Positions 1-12,163 of a stretch of 64,000 nucleotides of DNA are shown here, piece by piece. This DNA comes from Azolla caroliniana (Eukaryota > Plantae > Polypodiophyta): NCBI GenBank assembly GCA_043228905.1, contig JBHGNT010000001.1:21204001-21268000 (forward strand), given 5' to 3'. The translations under genes and the position numbers were made by a program. Within the stretch, counting starts at the first letter, position 1. Each line of letters begins with the position of its first letter. The notes beneath the pieces are model-generated. The model worked only from the letters and a program-made list of their open reading frames with translations. It was not told where the DNA came from and did not search any database.

Positions 1-75
1 TCAACCAGTTCGATGAAGAGCCAGCGAGTAGTGGAGACTCGGTCGTGCATTCCCCGCGTAGGCAGCCAAGGAGCC
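1..75 (+). mobile_element. Ty1/copia fragment (INT-RT linker)
   Basis: GATGAAGAGCCAGCGAGTAGTGGAGACTC...TCCCCGCG matches the reverse complement of 3020-3075 in the copia pol fragment. Confidence 0.6.
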
Positions 76-561
76 TTGGTGGTCTTGACTGGAATGTAGC
101 TCTGTTATGCTTTCTGACCAAGCAGTCGAGACACTCAGATAATGGATGAAAAAGAAGCTCTACAGAAAATATAGGTCTTGCTTTTGCAAATAGTCTTGAG
201 AAAATAAAAGCCTTAAGGTCTCTAATAATTCCTTCTATAATGGGTTCTCTAATCCCTTCATGCTACTTGGACTCAACCTTTTAATAGCTCTCAAAAGTGA
301 AGGTAATAACAACTTGATAGCATACTCTCTATTAGCATCTTCATTTGCATCTGAAATGGCTGTCAACACGGGATGAAAAAATAGTGTAACAACATTTGCA
401 CAGAACATTTCTCCTGAGGTTGTAGCAACTCTTTCATTTCACAAGTTTACATTTGTGTTACTTGATGCATTCGACAAAAGAATAGAAACAATTTGACAAG
501 CTATACAGAAATCTAATGGTTCCTTTGACACATGTCTTGTATTCCTCCCAGACTTTGTCAT

Positions 562-1032
562 TGTCACAAACACACCAACCGCGGATTCGGATGGAGCAAG
601 GATGATGGGTCTAAGAGTGCAGAACTTGAGAAGCTGGGAATGACACAAGAGCATGAAGACAGAGATGAAGAATGAGACAAGATGGAATGGAACAAGAATA
701 CTAGATTGATATGTCAATGACTGACGTTGAATCCCTTGAAAGGGATCAAGGAGGTTACAAGTATTTATACAAGTTCTGAGATTCAGTATCTCTAGAATAT
801 ACTTGACAAATATCTCTAGAATATACCCGTCTAGAATACACCATAGAATATTTCTAGAATACACTAAAGGCTCTAGAATATTCTAGAATGTATATATACT
901 AGAATATACAATAAAATACTTTACTATATTATACATGATCATATCTAGATGGTTGAGCATGATGTCTTGTAGATGTGAGGTTGCAGGTTCAATCTTCACT
1001 AACTACGCATTTGACGTCACTGTGTTGTGACA
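562..1032 (-). mobile_element. 3' LTR of a truncated gypsy element (probably chromovirus-like)
   Basis: Minus strand TGTCACA...TGTGACA termini; preceded by polypurine tract AAAGGGGAGGATAA; TATAAATA at 769-762; layout (tRNA-like start, TCTAGAA motifs, TATA) resembles the LTRs at 43257 and 46148. Confidence 0.7.
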
Positions 1033-1134
1033 TTATCCTCCCCTTTACAACCGCCTTTTCGAAAGCGTGGTGTAGGGGTGGACGGGGATTGGAGCAATGA
1101 GGGGCATGAGGAAGCATATGTTGTCCTCCTTAGC

Positions 1135-1213
1135 TGACTCTGGACCGTTGGAGTGTCTCTTCACTCTCAAGGTGAGTTCACACACTAGACCAAGTTGAGC
1201 TTGATTCTCAACA
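1135..1213 (-). mobile_element. First 79 bp of the 5' LTR of copia element A (inverted piece)
   Basis: Reverse complement matches 9616-9694 with 2 mismatches; flank CCGAC (1218-1214) matches CCGGC at 10002-10006. Confidence 0.9.
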
Positions 1214-3655
1214 GTCGGCATACCGCCGACTTGTTCATATCCGACTAGAAACCGGGGGGTTGGGTCATAAAGACCTCTTCTTCAAGATCGCCTTGAAGAA
1301 ATGCATTCTTCACGTCCATCTGGTGAAGATGCCACTCCCTTGCCGCAACAACTACCAGCACCACACGAACCATCGTCATCTTCGCTACCGGAGCGAAGGT
1401 CTCATCATAGTTGATTCCATGGGTATGTGCGTATCCCTTCGCCACTATCCGGGCCTTGTACCGGTTAACCGAACCGTCAACATTGTACTTTACCTTGTAC
1501 ACCCACTTACATCCGATCGGTTTATAGTGTCGGGGAGGGTCAACTAGGTCCCATGTGTCGTTGGCATCGCGTGCCCGCATTTCTTCCTTCATAGCGGTGT
1601 CGTGGCGTGGCTCGCCTAGAAGCGTAGCGTTGCGTAGACAAAAGATATCGTGAAAGTGAGGAAGGAATCACTGGGATTATGGACGGAAGAGACGAAAGAG
1701 TAGAGATAGATAAATAGTGATCAACAAGATATGACAAGATAGGATATAGAATGATATTTGAAGCAATAAAAGAGATTTATAATTATTTGATGAAAGAGTT
1801 ACAAAAGTGGTTGTACACGTCGTTGAACCTCCGAACTTTGTCTTGCAAGGTAATCACTCTTCTCTTTCTTGATCGTAGACCACTACAATCTTCACTTCAA
1901 TATTTTGATGAAGATAAGGCTCGAACTGCCTCCTTCTTGTTGAGAGTTGACCACCACGACCGCCAAGCTAGAGCTCCACCTTTATGTTAAACTTCTTCCC
2001 TTCTTTATCTATTTTTATGGTATCTCTTATGTAATACATAATTTGATTGATATCTCATACATATCTCCCTTTGATCTTCTCTTTCACCATTTAAATAGGT
2101 GCCCCCATGCATATGATGCATTGGAGGGTACAAGTCATGCATGTAGTGCATGTGATGCATGATCGCCATTTGGCGTTCATGCATTACATGTGATGCATGA
2201 TAAACATCTCGCTCATTTAAGCTTTTATGTATGAAACAATATATGCAATAACAATAAACATGAAAATATAATCTTAAAGAGAAAGGGCCTAGCCTAATGG
2301 TAGGTGTGTTGACTTTGGTGTATGAGGTTGTGGGTTTGAGTCTCAAAATACTATTGAATATGACATACAACTTTATTTTTATATCATGAAGCAAATCCTT
2401 TATGTAATATAAAGTATGCTTTATTTTATGTATATTACTAGTATAGAGTAAATGGTAAGATTCGAGAGTCATAGGGTGGGGTTATTGGTTCAAGTCCTCT
2501 CTTGTTCGTGTAATATAATATAATATAATATATTTATATATATATATATATTATTTTTCTTTACATATATATCTAATATTATCATATGTGTTGTTAATAT
2601 TATCTTTATATATAAAACATTATCAAATGTTATTTTAGTTACGTATTTATCTTATTGTAGATTTTTAATGTGAAGCTTTCGTACTTCACGACAGCGGCAC
2701 GCCAATTTGTGTCCTTTGCCGCTTCTATGTAGCTCTTCGGCTCACGCACTTCTGCCACCTTGGTCATGTACGCATAGTGATGCGCCATGTACTCATTGTA
2801 CCCGTACCGCCTCACGGGGGTTCTTCTGGCGGGAAGATCGGCGTAATCTATCGTTACCCGGTTTGAGGCCCTTCTTGGCCGGTTCGGACTTCGTTCCCAA
2901 AGATCCGCCTTCTTCCTTACCGGAGTCGGATTCGCTTCGATCTGAGTCAACATTGCCGGTTTCGTATTCTGGCATCTTCTTCTTCCCCTTCTCTTTGCAC
3001 GTGAACCGTCTCCTCGGTTCCTTGCGCGGGGAGAGCACGGTAGAGTCTCCACTACTCGTCGGTTCCTCATCCCAACTTAGCTGCTCATTCAGTCCACTCA
3101 ACCAAAACGATTCCGGACTCTCATCTAGAGTTTCGAACCCTTTGTCTTCTAACTGGATCGGTTCAAGCTCACTAGCCTCATCCTCCGGTATCGGGTCGGG
3201 GTCGGAAGTCGGAGCCGGTAAGGCATACCATGATGCCGTCTCATCAAACTCAACATCCCAGCTAACTCGGACTTGCTTCGTCCGGGGGTTATAACACTTA
3301 TACCCCTTTTGCTCATGTGAGTACCCGACCAAGATGCATTTCTCTGACTTTGCATCCAACTTCCTCCGCTTCTCATCCGGCATATGCACATATGCAATGC
3401 TATCGAATATCTGAAGGTGTCTCAAATTCGGCTTGCGCCCGAAATATAGCTCATGCGAGGACACCTTGTCACCGATCCGGTTTTGGATGTAGACGGCCGT
3501 CCAGACCGCCTCCGCCTAGTAGAAATGGGGCATGCTCTTCTCCTCCAGCATTGCCCTTGCCGCGTCGACAATCGACCGGTTCTTCCTTTCGGCCACACCG
3601 TTTTTCTCCGGTGTGTATCTGCAGTTGAACTCTCTCCGAATTCCTTTTTGCTGCA
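1214..3655 (-). pseudogene. Copia element B, 5' part: integrase C-terminus, linker and RT N-terminus, split by a solo LTR
   Basis: ORFs 2793-3464 (KLDAKSEKCILVGY), 2639-3070 (NWRAA) and 1245-1592 ([22 protein letters not shown]); NWRAA-MKEEM is restored when 1598-2693 is removed. Confidence 0.9.
1598..2693 (-). mobile_element. Solo LTR, Trp-primed gypsy family
   Basis: TGTCGTG...CACGACA inverted termini; 4-bp TSD GCGG (1594-1597, 2694-2697); internal homology to 56285-57331. Confidence 0.9.
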
Positions 3656-4037
3656 AACTTAGAAAGACTTAGAAACTGTGCATCAGAGACGAATCCACAA
3701 CCGACCCTTGCTATTCTTCGTCCAAAATGTCCAGAATGCTTCGACCATTATGTCACCACTTTGTATTCTAGCATTTAGTATGAGTCATAGAATCATATTC
3801 TATGACACATAACTTATGAGCTTTCACATTCCCCATGCTCCATGAGTCTTGTAGTTAATGAAGAGAGAGGGTAACTACATAAAGCACCCTCCTCCCACCT
3901 TGTATAATGTTGATTCTTTCTCCTTTGTTAATATACTTAACCTTGCGTATACTCTGTGTCTCTCTCTCTCTATCTCATTCACACACACAGTTCACACCTA
4001 TTCCGCTTCACAAGGATTTATCTCTTGATTCTTTACA

Positions 4038-4049
4038 TGGTATCAGAGC
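4038..4049 (+). promoter_or_regulatory. Primer binding site (tRNA-iMet)
   Basis: TGGTATCAGAGC immediately after the LTR end TACA. Confidence 0.9.
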
Positions 4050-7000
4050 AATTTGGTAGCTCGATCTAGCCCATTCGCCTCATCGTGATCGTGTGTTGTG
4101 CTCCACGTCGACGACCAAGAACCGGCTCATCGCTATCGTAGCTTCACTACATAGCTCGCATTCGAAGAGAGAAGAAGAAGAAGAAGAAGAATTGACATAA
4201 TGAATACTCAAATGGGAAGCGCTCTCCCTACCGAGAAGTTGGATCAAAACAACTTCACATCTTGGGAGTACAAGATGCACCAATACCTTGTCAGACAAGG
4301 TTATTGGAGCTACATCAAAGGAGCGCATGAAGACCGACCCGTTGAAGCGGCTCCCGCATACGCGACATGGGAGCAAGCCACAAGCCGCGTGATGTATTGC
4401 TTGGCGACATGTGTTCATGATCACATGCTCGGCTACATTCGCGAAGCCAAGATGCCGAAGGAAGCGTGGGAAAATCTACGAAAGATTTTCGCCGCCAACA
4501 CGACCGCGAGGAAGCTTCAACTCCGCCAAGAGTTGAACAACATTCAACAAAGGGACATGTCCATCACGACATACACCTTGAAGATCAAGGAGCTTTGCGA
4601 TTCGCTCGGCTCAATAAGCGTAAGTATAGATGATGATGAGATGGTGCAAATATGCCTCGGCGGCCTCGCACCACGGTTCGGCACGATGCGAACCGCCGTT
4701 CTAGCACGGGAGAAATCTCCCTCCTTCTTCGAGCTCCAATCAATGCTATTGGTCGAAGAAAACCACGTGCATACAAGGAGCAATGAGTCGGAAGGCCACA
4801 TGCTCTACACGCACTCGAACGGAGGAAGAGGACGCGGACGATCGAGAGGAAGATTCGGCCAAGGACAAGGCGGACGAGGTCCGACCTACGATAACAACTC
4901 CCAATTTTGGCCGCAAAATGGAAGCCAACGAGGAACCTTTGCAAGAAGGGGGAGCTTCCACTCCGGCCCGAGCCGTCAAAACGCAACCGAATGCGGATAT
5001 TGCGGAAAGCTCGGCCACCACGAAGAAGAGTGCCGAAAGAAGATGCGTGAATCGACTTCCACAAGCTGACAACTCACAAATTACGCGCACAATTCCGACT
5101 ACGAAGAGTATAGCGGAAGGCACAACTCCGACTACGAGGATCGTGGCGGAATGTGCGCATACAACTCCGACCGTGGCGGAATGTTCATGATGAAACATAG
5201 AGCAAACTCTATGTCGGCCTCTACCTCAACTAGTGCCCTCAATCCGGAGGACGTATGGTTTGTTGACTCCGGAGCCTCAAACCATATGGCATCCCATAAA
5301 GAATGGTTTCTCGAACTTCGAGAGCCGGAGCGACCCGGTTATGTCGAAACCGGAGATGACACTACGCACCCGATTCGGCACATCAACAATGTTTCGTTCG
5401 GCAAAAGAGGTAAGCAAACATACATTAAAAATGTCTTGCATGTTCCCACCATCACGAAGAATTTGGTCTCGGTCGGCCAAATGGTTGAGCAAGGGATGCA
5501 AGTACGATTCGACCAAGAAGGGTGCTTCATCGAAAAAGAAGGCCGAATCATCGCACGTGGAAGAAGAGAGGGCCGGATGTTCATTCTCGATTCGCATGAG
5601 ATGAAATCCGCCATGTTCGCGAAAAGCACGAAAGCCGACTCCGACATATGGCATAAGCGAATCGGCCACATCAATCTCAACAAACTCAAAGCAATGAAAT
5701 CGAAAGGAGTCGTCGTCGGACTCCCGACATTCAAAGAGAAGGAGATTGAAGGTGTATGCGAAGCGTGCCAATTCGGCAAGCAACACCGACACCCATTTCC
5801 GAAGGAGCGGAACGTGAGCAAAGGCGTACTCGACGTAATTCATTCCGATGTATGGGGTCCGGCTCAAACGGCGACATTCGGTGGATGCCGCTATTACGTG
5901 CTCTTCATCGACGACTTTTCTAAGCACACTTGGATTTATCCGATGCGGCAAAAGAGCGAAGTGTTCGGACACTTCCAAAAATTCAAGAATGAAGTCGAGA
6001 AAGCCACGGGCCGACATGTACGTTGTCTTCGATCGGATGGCGGCAAGGAGTAATTCTCAGACGATTTCACAGCGTATCTCCGAAAGGAAGGAATTCGGCG
6101 AGAATTCACTTGCCGACACACTCCACAACAAAACGGGGTAGCCGAGTGCAAAAATCGGCACATCCTCGAAGTAGCGCAAGCAATGATGAATGAGAAGCAT
6201 ATGCCCAATTCAAATTGGGCCGAAGCTGCAAATACGGTCGTCTACCTAATGAACCAGTGCACAACATCCGACGTGCACGAGGTCACTCCGCACGAAAAAA
6301 TCTTCGGAAAGAAGCCGAACCTATCACATGTTCGGATATTCGGCTCCATTGCGTACATGCACATACCCGACGAGAAGCGTCAAAATCTCGACCCGAAGTC
6401 GGAGAAATGTATCCTCGTAGGATACTCACTGGAGCAAAAGGGGTACAAGTGCTACAACCCCTCAACTCGAAAATCTCGAGTAAGTCGAGACGTCATTTTT
6501 TACGAGTCCGCATCATGGTACGCACTAAAGACAACTTCAACTCCGACTCCGCTCGACCCGGAATCCACCGAACAAGAGATAGAGGATGAAGATCGCCTTA
6601 CGCGCATGTTCGAAGAAAGTCCGATCACGACCCGACTGAGCGGACCACAAGAGCCTTTGAGCAATCAAAGCACATCACGGCCTAGCCCGAAGATGGACAA
6701 AGGCAAGTCAAAAATGGCGGAATACGTAGACGATCACTTCGACGACGATGCATCGACTCACTCACTCGACTGTGAGTTCGGTAGCTTCGATGTACCAATT
6801 GGAGCTAAGAAAGCCCTCATCTCTGCAAATGAAAAGCTCCGTCGCTCCACCCGAGAAAAGAATCCGGTTAGCCGATTCGGCTACAATGACTACATGGCAT
6901 CTCACTATGCCTTTATGATGAAGGTGGCGACAATACGTGAGCTGGAAACATTCTTCGAAGCAGCCAAGGATCCGCAATGGATTGAAGCCATGAACGAGGA

Positions 7001-7946
7001 GATGCAGGCACTACGCAAGAACGAGACGTGGGATCTCGTTCCCACCTCACCACACAAAAAGGCGATCGGATGCAGATGGATTTACAAAGTGAAGTACAAC
7101 GTTGACGGCTTCGTCAACCGCTACAAAGCGCGACTCATAGCGAAAGGCTACGCCCAAACGCACGGAGTTGACTACGAGGAGACCTTTTCCCCGGTGGCAA
7201 AGATGATGACGGTACAGACCGTAATTGCGCTTGCCGCGGCGAAAGGGTGGCACCTCCATCAAATGGACGTCAAGAACGCCTTTCTACAAGGCGAATTAGA
7301 AGAGGAGGTGTACATGATACAACCACCCAGCTTCAAATCGCGCATTCATCCAAAAGCCGTATGCCAACTCAAGAAGCCACTCTACGGCCTCAAGCAAGCA
7401 CCACGTGCTTGGCATTCAAAGATAATGCAATATCTTCGTCAAATTGGCTTTCGAATGTCGAAATCCGACAACACTCCCTCTACATACAAAACGATTCTAG
7501 AACCCGATTGTCAGCATCCTATACGTGGATGATCTGGTTATTCGAGGTGAGCATCTCGTCGAAATCAATAAAGTCAAATCCCTCCTTTCCGACAAGTTCG
7601 AGATGACGGACATGAAGGAGCTCCGCTACTTCCTCGGCATCGAGGTAATTCGGACTCCGGCCGGAATCATGATCTCTCAACGGCACTACATCCTCAACTT
7701 GTTATACAAGTTCGGCATGGCTGAGTGCAAATCCGTGGCAACCCCGCTCGATCGTAATCTCAAGCTAGATGCGAACTCCGGCACCAAAGCGTGTGAGCCG
7801 ACTCAGTATCGGCAACTCCTCAGGAGTCTCATTTACCTCACGATCACTCGACCCGATCTCAGTTATCCGGTCGGTCTCCTTAGTCAATTCATGCAAACAC
7901 CATGTGATACTCACTTGGATTGCGCTAAGTGAGTTCTACGGTACGT

Positions 7947-8802
7947 TGACGGGAACCCAACGTTCCTTATGCGCGACGCCCAGCCACAACCGAGCGTAGA
8001 ATGATACACAGAAAACAGGGAATGAAACACGACACAAAGGAGAGGAAGATACACAGGAGGTTTACGTGGAAAACCCAAAGGGGGAAAAACCACGGCAGCC
8101 CACAGGCTGCAAACGGTCACTATGTGAGAATGTACAACAGTGAGTTCACTGAGGCAACGACCTCGTGCTCACAGATCTTCGCCACACGCGGCGGTTACAA
8201 CAGAGGCAACGACCTCTTTCTCTCTCTCTCTCTGTACAACGTTACATACTCTCTCTTCTTCTTGCACCAACAAGAAAATGACAACAACCACAACTAAAAG
8301 TTTGCCCTAAGTCATATTTATACTAATATGACTTTTCGGCTATTTACAAATGTAGCCTCGATGGGCTCTCAGAAACATATTTACGAATATGTCTCTTCAT
8401 CCGGTTCTCACCGGGTCTGTACCATCCGGCTCTCCGTAGCCGGGTACTCCTCATCTGGTTCATATCGGGCCTGCACCATCCGGCTCTCCGTAGCCGAGTA
8501 CTCCTCATCCGGTTCATACCGGGTCTGCACCATCCGGCTCTCCGTAGCCGAGTACTCCTCATCCGGTTCATATCGGGCCTGCACCATCCGGCTCTCCGTA
8601 GCCGGGTACTCCTCATCCGGTTCATACCGGGCCTGCACCATCCGGCTCTCCGTAGCCGAGTACTCCTCATCCGGTTCATACTGGGCCTGCACCATCCGGC
8701 TCTCCGTAGCTGGGTCCTCCTCATACGGTTTCGGCCTCGGCCGAGTTTGTTCATCGGCACTGTTCTTCTTCCTTCCCATCCGGAGGGACCTGTCTCCCAA
8801 CA
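7947..8802 (-). mobile_element. Solo LTR (Tnt1/Tork-like copia) with a 54-bp tandem array
   Basis: TG...CA ends; perfect 5-bp TSD TACGT (7942-7946, 8803-8807); TTTACGTGGAAA..GGAAAACCACGG motif shared with the LTR at 20237. Confidence 0.9.
8397..8724. repeat. 54-bp tandem repeat, about 6 copies
   Basis: Unit TCATCCGGTTCATACCGGGCCTGCACCATCCGGCTCTCCGTAGCCGAGTACTCC; 18-aa periodicity in the ORF track. Confidence 0.95.
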
Positions 8803-10001
8803 TACGTAAGCGGCACAATGGATTGAGGCATCCTCTACAAGTCCGCGATGCCAATACGCCTCGAGGGGTACACAGATGCCGATAGAAGATCAACCTCCGG
8901 ATTTGTTTTCTCCCTCGGCAGCGGAGCAATATCTTGGAGTAGCAAGAAGCAGCCTATCGTCGCTCTTTCGAGCACGGAGGCGGAATACAGGGGCGCAGCC
9001 GTAGCTGTGTGTGAAGCCGTATGGCTCAAGAGGATTTTGAAGGATCTGGGCGTACCCATCAAGGATCCGACTTCCCTTTATTGCGACAACATGAACAGTA
9101 TCTATCTGGCTCGGAACCCGGTGTTCCACGCGCGGACAAAGCACATCGAAGTGCACTATCACTTCATCCGAGAGCGCGTTCTGGCTGGCGATGTCGACCT
9201 ACAACACATTAGCACCAATCTTCAAACGGCCGACATCTTCACTAAAGCCTTAGGATCCGACAAGCTATGGTAATTCATGACCGATCTCGGATTGACAATC
9301 CCTGTCCTACCAAGCTTGAGGGGGAGTACTGAAGACACTACGCAATAACGCATAGATTCCACAACTGCGCACTACGCAATAAGCAACGAAGAGCCGATCT
9401 ACCGTGCAAAGCCGCGAAGAAAGACACAAGACGAAGCACAGACTTCGCAACTACGCACGCAAACTGAAGCACAGACTTCGTAACTATGCACAACGCAAGC
9501 TGGAGCACGGATTCCGCAACTCCGCATAAAGCGAGTCGACGCGGACTCCGGAACGCGAGCTGAAGAGGATTTCGGATACCGTCTGAAACCGACCTGACTT
9601 GAGCTTGAGGGGGCGTGTTGAGAATCAAGCTCAACTTGGTCTAGTGTGTGAACTCACCTTGAGAGTGAAGAGACACTCCAATGGTCAAGAGTCACCATTA
9701 TGTCACCACTTTGTATTCTAGCATTTAGTATGAGTCATAGAATCATATTCTATGACACATAACTTATGAGCTTTCACATTCCCCATGCTCCATGAGTCTT
9801 GTAGTTAATGAAGAGAGAGGGTGACTACATAAAGCACCCTCCTCCCACCTTGTATAATGTTGAGTCTTTCTCCTTTGTTAATATACTTAACCTTGCGTAT
9901 ACTGTGTGTGTGTGTCTCTCTCTCTCTCTCTCATACACACACACACACACACAGTTCACACCTATTCCGCTTCACAAGAATCTATCTCTTGATTCTTTAC
10001 A

Positions 10002-12163
10002 CCGGCTAAAGAAGTTACTTTATGGCCTAAAGCAAGCCCCCCGAGCTTGGAATGCGAAGATCACGCACCAGTTGCATAAGATGGGGTTTGCGGCCTCCAA
10101 GTCCGACTCTTCGTTGTTCATCCGGCAAGGTCCGGACGGTCCGGTTTGCATCTTGATGTATGTTGATGATCTAGTCATCACCAGACCCAGACTTGATGAA
10201 ATCGGTTGAGTCAAGTCCCAGCTGTCGGATGCATTTGAAATGAAGGACTTGGGGGACCTTCACTACTTCCTTGGGATCGAGGTGATCCAAACCCCCGACG
10301 GTATATTGCTCTCAAAGAGACACTATGTGTTGAATATGTTGTACAAGTTCGGCATGACAGAATGCCGACCAATCTCCACACCCCTGGACCGGAATCAGAA
10401 ACTCCATCCCACCTCCGGACCGGCTTGCGATGAGAAATGGTTCCGACAAATCGTCGGAAGCCTTATATATTTGACAATCACCCGACCCAACATCAGTTAT
10501 CTAGTCGGCGTGATCAGCCAATATATGCAAAAGCCGACCGTGGAGCACCTTCTATGCGCGCATCACATTTTGCGATATGTGAGCGGCACGAAGGAACGAG
10601 GACTGTTATACCAGCATGGTATAACCGAAGAGCTAGTCGGCTACATCGATGCCGATTGGGCCAGCGATGCATTGGATCGTTGATCCACCTCCGGCTATAT
10701 GTTTTCCCTTGGTAGCGCGGTTGTTGCGTGGAGCAGCAAAAAGCAGCCAACAGTGGCCCTTTCAAGCACTGAGGCTGAATACCGGGGCGCTATCGTTGCC
10801 ACTTGTGAAGCCATTTGGCTTCGACGACTGTTGCAAGACCTGCAGATTGAGGTGCCAACCCCGATCCTGATCTACTGCGACAACATAAGCAGCATGCAGC
10901 TCGCCAAGAACCCGTATTCCATGCTCGCACAAAGCACATAGAAGTGCACTACCACTTCGTGCGTGAGCGTGTCCTAAGCGGTGAAGTTGAACTTCAATAT
11001 GTTCATACGGATTGGCAAGTTGCAAACATCTTCACCAAACCGCTCGGATCAGACAAGTTGTAGCACTTCACCGAAATGCTTGGTGTTCAGCATCTCGACG
11101 TGCCACACTTGAGGGGGAGAATGGGCAAAGACACCGGAACGGGCAAAGGCAAAGAAACTGTCGATTGCGCTGGTAAGGGAAAAAACCGACAAGGGGAGAG
11201 ACACGAAGAAGAAAGGAGCTGAGTCAACAGAGGAAGTTGACACATCCGAACAAGTCGGAACAAGCGGCAACGGCGGTAGAGTCAAGAAGGACAGAGCCAC
11301 CAAGACCCAGACATGGTCCGATGTGATAAAGGACCTGGAACTGGGAAACGAATCGGGAGCGACCGATTTGGACAAGAGCTGGAATGAATTGGAGACAGCC
11401 GATTCGGTTCAACAGGCAGATTCGGAAGAATCGGATCAATTCAAGACCAAGAGGACGAGAAGGCAGTGAAAGTCGATGCCAACACAAAGGAATCGGCGAA
11501 TCGGCAAGAGCCGAAGTCACAACAGCGAGGGAGCTGAATTGGGCATGTTGAGCAAACAAGCCGACCAAGGAAGTCAAGGTGCGTAGAATCAAAAGGGTCG
11601 AGGTAAACGGGACCGGACCGGATGAGGAGCGCGATCGAGGCGGAGTGACACCCGAAGGAGCCGGGTGGAAGGACCGACTGCCATGGAGACTGACACTACG
11701 ATCCGACCTCAAGTTGAGCTTGAGGGGGAGTGTTGAGCAGCAAGCTCAACCGGATCCGGATCGGCTGAATAAGCTTGAGCCGGATCGGCATCCGGAAGAA
11801 TGAAGCCGGATCGGTGGACGGATCAGCGAGCCGGTGAGCCAGGGAGCCAGGGAGCCGATTAGCTGGATCAAACAGTAATCGGAAGCCTAGTAGTAGCCTA
11901 GATTACTAGATAATTAATAGTCTCGTAGTTAGTGTCAAACGCTCGAGTGAGCATTGAAGTATACCGTACTTCTATCAGTCCTCTTGGGACTTGTATAAGT
12001 AGTGCTGTTGAGCACGTTTTATGTACAGAGAACGATTATTGTTTTGTAATAGATCTAACTTGTTCTGCTCTTTCTTTGTCTCTCCTACGTACTGTAAAGC
12101 TTTCCAGTAAACTTGTGTTTCTGTGTTCGGTTTTATACTTGCTTCCGCACGCTATTCTTTACA
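10002..12163 (+). mobile_element. Copia element B, 3' part: RT, RNase H, extra 3' region and 3' LTR (11731-12163)
   Basis: RLKKLLYGLKQAPRAW, MYVDD and [18 protein letters not shown]; PPT GAGGGGGAG then TGTTG...TTTACA; LTR end shared with 57371-57662. Confidence 0.9.

Larger units (their letters stand above)
4200..9273 (+). pseudogene. Copia A gag-pol, disrupted by stops, frameshifts and a solo LTR
   Basis: Gag 4200-5069 with CGYCGKLGHHEEEC knuckle; PR WFVDSGASNHM; INT HHCC and RSDGGKE; RT YGLKQAPRAW and YVDD; RNase H 8848-9273 ([16 protein letters not shown]). Confidence 0.95.
3745..10001 (+). mobile_element. Ty1/copia element A (near full length, degenerate), nested in copia B
   Basis: 5' LTR remainder 3745-4037; PBS TGGTATCAGAGC 4038-4049; gag-PR-INT-RT-RH order; PPT before 9616; 3' LTR 9616-10001. 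Confidence 0.95.

Noticed and set aside
95-560. Possible host-gene exon remnant on minus (PVLTAISDANEDANREYAIKLLLPSLL)
   Set aside because: Contains stops, matches no family I recognise, and has no clear splice sites.
8397-8724. CRISPR-like array
   Set aside because: Units are contiguous with no unique spacers, there are no cas genes, and the context is a eukaryotic LTR.
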